From Candidatus Cloacimonadota bacterium (lineage in GTDB: Bacteria > Cloacimonadota > Cloacimonadia > Cloacimonadales > Cloacimonadaceae), in assembly GCA_016875595.1 (NCBI GenBank), contig VGPI01000001.1, forward strand, positions 1-29,950: a stretch of 29,950 nt of DNA, written 5' to 3'. Shown here piece by piece: positions 26,675-29,950 of the stretch (the first letter of the stretch is position 1; every line of letters starts with the position of its first letter). Below the pieces are notes generated by a model that was not told where the DNA came from, did not search any database, and saw nothing but the letters and a program-made list of their open reading frames with translations. The translations under genes were made by a program, and so were the position numbers.

Positions 26675-28234
26675 TTGATTAAATTGGAACTAAGTCCGCA
26701 AAATGTGGAACGTGCCCGCAATGCCGCAGCCCGGATCGCTGACTCCATCGATTGGCTCTTCCGGGATTTCTCGTCAGTGACGATCGAACGGACTGTCCTG
26801 CGGCTCTTGGGCATAGATGGCGCTGGCAAGAATGGAAAACCCCTGCCCAATGTGGTGGTGGATCATCTCGCTGAGCTTCAGGCATTGAAGCGTGGTGCCG
26901 CCTGGTGGGTGACCAATGCTGCCGTCGCCCGGGACGTCGATCCGCAGGAAGTGGCGGAGATGGTGGGCTGGGATGAGATCGATCTGACCACTATTCCCGT
27001 GCAGGATAATGCCCTGGTACTGAGACGAATGGAGGAGATCGCGGAGCGAACGCTGGCTCATCTCCGCCTTCAGAGAGCCAGGCGCGAGGAATATCTGCAG
27101 AAATTCGGCGCGCGCCGTCGACCGGCGATCTACGTGATCGTTGCCACCGGTAATATCCATGAGGATGTGATCCAGGCACGTGCTGCCGCCAGAGAGGGAG
27201 CGGATATCATAGCCGTGATCCGTTCCACCGCTCAATCGCTTTTGGACTATGTGCCTTATGGAGCGACGACAGTTGGCTTTGGCGGCACTTATGCCACGCA
27301 GGAGAACTTCCGGATCATGCGGACTGCTCTGGACGAGGTGAGTGAAGAAGAGCGGCGCTATATCTGGCTGACGAATTATGCCTCGGGCTTGTGCATGCCG
27401 GAGATTTCCGCCATGGGGGCGCTGGAACGGCTGGATATGATGCTTAATGATGCGATGTACGGCATCCTTTTCCGGGATATCAACCCGCGCCGGACACTGC
27501 TGGATCAGTATTTCTCGCGAATGATCAATGCCTATGCCGGAGTCGAAATCCAGACCGGCGAAGATAATTATCTGACCACTGCCGATGCGGTGGAAAAGGC
27601 TTACACCGTTACTGCCTCGCAACTTATCAATGAACAATTTGCTATCAAGAGCGGGATCAAACCGGAGAAGATGGGGCTGGGTCATGCCTTTGAGATCAAT
27701 CCCGATCTGCCGGATTCGTTATCCTATGAACTGGCGCATGCGCTGCTGACACGAACGCTCTTTCCCGCTGCGCCGGTGAAGTATATGCCGCCAACGAAGT
27801 TTGCCTCCGGTAACATCTTCTTCACGCATTTGCTGGATGCGATGTTCAATTTCGTAGGACAGCTCACCGGTCAGGGTGTGCAACTCCTGGGGATGATGAC
27901 GGAGGCGATCCATACACCCCACTTGGTCGATCGTTCCCTGGCGATCGAGAATGCGCAGTATATCTTTCGGGCAGTGGGGAACCTGGCGGAGCATATCCAG
28001 TTAGAACCGGATGGATTTATTCCCCGGCGCGCCAATGATGTACTGGCTCAGGCGGCGGACTTCCTGGAAGGCGTGGCGGACGAGGGTCTGTTCATTGCCT
28101 TGGGGAAGGGAGAATTTGCCGATATCAAGCGTTGCGAAACCGGCGGGAAAGGGCAGATGGGTGTTTTTCCCAAGGATGATGATTACATCAATCCCTTCCT
28201 GACCAAGATGAAAAGGGAATTGGGGTTGTCATGA
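26675..28234 (+). CDS. kamD: D-lysine/L-beta-lysine 5,6-aminomutase alpha subunit
   Basis: TIERTVLRLLGIDG, YVIVATGNIHEDVIQA, IRSTAQSLLDYVPYG, GTYATQENF, NYASGLCMPEI and KYMPPTKF; TTG start after GGGAGG. Confidence 0.95.
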   Translation: MIKLELSPQNVERARNAAARIADSIDWLFRDFSSVTIERTVLRLLGIDGAGKNGKPLPNVVVDHLAELQALKRGAAWWVTNAAVARDVDPQEVAEMVGWDEIDLTTIPVQDNALVLRRMEEIAERTLAHLRLQRARREEYLQKFGARRRPAIYVIVATGNIHEDVIQARAAAREGADIIAVIRSTAQSLLDYVPYGATTVGFGGTYATQENFRIMRTALDEVSEEERRYIWLTNYASGLCMPEISAMGALERLDMMLNDAMYGILFRDINPRRTLLDQYFSRMINAYAGVEIQTGEDNYLTTADAVEKAYTVTASQLINEQFAIKSGIKPEKMGLGHAFEINPDLPDSLSYELAHALLTRTLFPAAPVKYMPPTKFASGNIFFTHLLDAMFNFVGQLTGQGVQLLGMMTEAIHTPHLVDRSLAIENAQYIFRAVGNLAEHIQLEPDGFIPRRANDVLAQAADFLEGVADEGLFIALGKGEFADIKRCETGGKGQMGVFPKDDDYINPFLTKMKRELGLS

Positions 28235-28977
28235 AGATCAGCAAAAACATCATCCGCCCCTATGGCGATACGGCAAATGACGGCAAGATGCAGTTCTCCT
28301 TTTCTCTGCCGGTGCCGGCGAGTGAATATGGCAAGGAAGCAGCCCGTCTCCTCCTCAAACAGATGGGACTGCAGGATATCGAGGTCTGCGGCATGCGTGA
28401 TCTGCATGAGGGTTTTACTCACTTTATCGCCTATGCCACGACCACGGTCTCCATCGATGGATCCAGGATCCGGGTGAAGGTAGTGGAAACTCCGGTGATG
28501 GATATGGCCGCCACCGATGAATATATCAGCCAGCACATCGGCAGACCGCTGACCGTGATCGGCGCGTGCATCGAAAGCGATGCGCATACGGTGGGGATCG
28601 ATGCCATTATGAACATGAAGGGCTACAATCACCGCTATGGCTTGGAACGATACCGGATGTTCAATGCCATCAACCTCGGGGCGCAGGTGCCTTCGGAGAC
28701 GCTGCTTGCCCGTGCCCGCTGTGAAAATGCCGATGCCATCCTTGTCTCGCAGGTGGTTACGCAAAAGAACATCCACATCAAGAATCTGACGCATTTGATC
28801 GAATTGGCAGAAGCGGAAGGTCTCCGCGGCAAGATGCTCTTTATCTGCGGCGGACCACGGATCACGCATGAACTGGCGATCGAACTCGGCTATGATGCCG
28901 GGTTTGGTACGGGTTCCTATGCCACTGACGTTGCTTCCTTTATCGCTATCACCATTGACGAGAGGATTGAAAATTGA
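28231..28977 (+). CDS. kamE: Lysine 5,6-aminomutase beta subunit (B12-binding)
   Basis: PYGDTANDGKMQFSFSLP, B12 motif DAHTVG, MNMKG (PLP lysine) and GGPRI; ATGA overlap with kamD. Confidence 0.95.
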   Translation: MKISKNIIRPYGDTANDGKMQFSFSLPVPASEYGKEAARLLLKQMGLQDIEVCGMRDLHEGFTHFIAYATTTVSIDGSRIRVKVVETPVMDMAATDEYISQHIGRPLTVIGACIESDAHTVGIDAIMNMKGYNHRYGLERYRMFNAINLGAQVPSETLLARARCENADAILVSQVVTQKNIHIKNLTHLIELAEAEGLRGKMLFICGGPRITHELAIELGYDAGFGTGSYATDVASFIAITIDERIEN

Positions 28978-28993
28978 GGATTGAGAATAATTA

Positions 28994-29089
28994 CGTAGGG
29001 GCGCTTTCCTTCAGTGCCCCAGTCAATCATGCCTTGCCGAGCGTAGGGGCGCTTTCCTTCAGCGCCCCAGTCAATCGTGCCTTGCCGCG
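28994..29089 (+). repeat. Tandem duplication (2 x 48 bp) of GTAG-type REP hairpin plus linker
   Basis: CGTAGGGGCGCTTTCCTTCAG(T/C)GCCCCAGTCAATC(A/G)TGCCTTGCCG at 28994 and 29042; stem GGGGCGCT/AGCGCCCC. Confidence 0.85.
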
Positions 29090-29101
29090 AAAGGGAACAG
29101 C

Positions 29102-29950
29102 TTGACCTGGCTGATCTCGATCATTGCCCTCGGCATCCTTGTCCTCGTCCATGAGACGGGACATTTCCTGATGGCGCGGCGACTGAAAGTGGGAGTGGAG
29201 AAATTCTCCATCGGGTTTGGCAAGCCCCTCCTGCGCTTTGTCCGCAAGGGCGTTGAATACCGTCTTGGCTGGCTGTTTCTGGGCGGATATGTCAAAATGA
29301 AAGGTGAGCATCCGGATGATCCGGCAGCTGATGCGGAGGATAGTTTCATCACCCGTCCCTGGTGGAAGAAGGCATTGATCGCCTTCGCCGGACCGATGGC
29401 AAATCTCATCTTCGGCATGCTGCTCTTCATCGGTTCCTTCACGCTTCCAATCCGCTACGAGGATCACCAACCGGTGGTGGATCACGTATCGCCATATATG
29501 GCAGAATATTTTATCGCCGGAGACACGATCAGAACGGTCAATGGACAGGAGATCAAGGGCTGGTATCAGTTCTTGAGCGGTATTGAAACAGGAAAGGACA
29601 ATATCCTGGAGATCAGCAGGATGGGGTCAAGCGTCAAGCTCCTTTTGAGGGCATCAGAGGTGGATTCGCTATATCCGGGTTTGCAGCCCAGGATCCCGCC
29701 TGTGATCGGAGAAGTGATCCCCGGTCTGCCGGCTTGGCAAAGGAAACTGAGACGCGGGGACCTTGTTCTGGCGGTGGATTCAGTTCGGGTGGCGGATTGG
29801 TATGGGATGCGTGAACTGATCGTCAATGCCCCCGGGAGTTCAGTCTGCTTGGATATCCAGCGCGGTGACAGCACCTTTCAAACCGAGGTGGCGTTGGATA
29901 CCAATCTCATGACCGGTGCTGCCAAGGCGATCGGGATTAGTCATTATATG
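29102..29950 (+). CDS. rseP: RIP metalloprotease RseP (site-2 protease, partial)
   Basis: Manual translation from TTG 29102: LVHETGHF (HExxH), FSIGFG, LGGYVKM, AFAGPMANL, then two PDZ-like segments; open to the window edge. Confidence 0.95.
   Translation, partial: MTWLISIIALGILVLVHETGHFLMARRLKVGVEKFSIGFGKPLLRFVRKGVEYRLGWLFLGGYVKMKGEHPDDPAADAEDSFITRPWWKKALIAFAGPMANLIFGMLLFIGSFTLPIRYEDHQPVVDHVSPYMAEYFIAGDTIRTVNGQEIKGWYQFLSGIETGKDNILEISRMGSSVKLLLRASEVDSLYPGLQPRIPPVIGEVIPGLPAWQRKLRRGDLVLAVDSVRVADWYGMRELIVNAPGSSVCLDIQRGDSTFQTEVALDTNLMTGAAKAIGISHYM

Noticed and set aside
28994-29089. CRISPR array
   Set aside because: The intervening sequences are near-identical rather than unique spacers, there are only two units, and no cas genes are present.
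26774-29874. Minus-strand ORFs over kamDE and rseP (e.g. 26774..27685, 28183..28869, 29027..29485)
   Set aside because: Antisense shadows of well-supported plus-strand genes.

Overview
Mostly ordinary chromosomal DNA from an anaerobic diderm bacterium. The gene content (a secreted protein with an FlgD-Ig/T9SS-like C-terminal domain, lysine 5,6-aminomutase kamDE, a MutL/GlmL-like ATPase) suggests Candidatus Cloacimonadota or a related FCB lineage; this is inference. Both edge genes are missing from the ORF track because they run off the window: polA (minus, <1..2701) and rseP (plus, 29102..>29950). Other genes: SagB-type nitroreductase, a lipoprotein coupled to a radical SAM/SPASM enzyme, a 965-aa GlmL fusion, a GT2 glycosyltransferase, a hexapeptide acetyltransferase, a XerC/D recombinase, a secreted YbjN-like protein, an Omp28-like protein, a cupin, DUF512, phnD-phnC with no permease, NhaD/ArsB plus EIIA-CBS, a PPIase-TPR foldase, PaaI, comEA, rsmD and kamDE. 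The best candidate for an undescribed system is a two-gene unit with its own promoter at 11769..13249. It encodes a small predicted lipopeptide with two V/C-Y-G-P-P motifs and a radical SAM/SPASM enzyme. The enzyme's CxxxCxxC-bearing N-terminus is cut off by a frameshift in a C7 run, and its apparent start codon is ATC. Non-coding structure includes a 27-nt GTAG/GTCG hairpin (REP-like) family whose arrays bracket kamDE, and a perfect 33-bp palindrome with 11-bp-phased ATCAAG hexamers. A 57-aa four-Cys protein falls below the ORF-track cutoff. All family assignments come from motif recognition by eye; no database searches were run.
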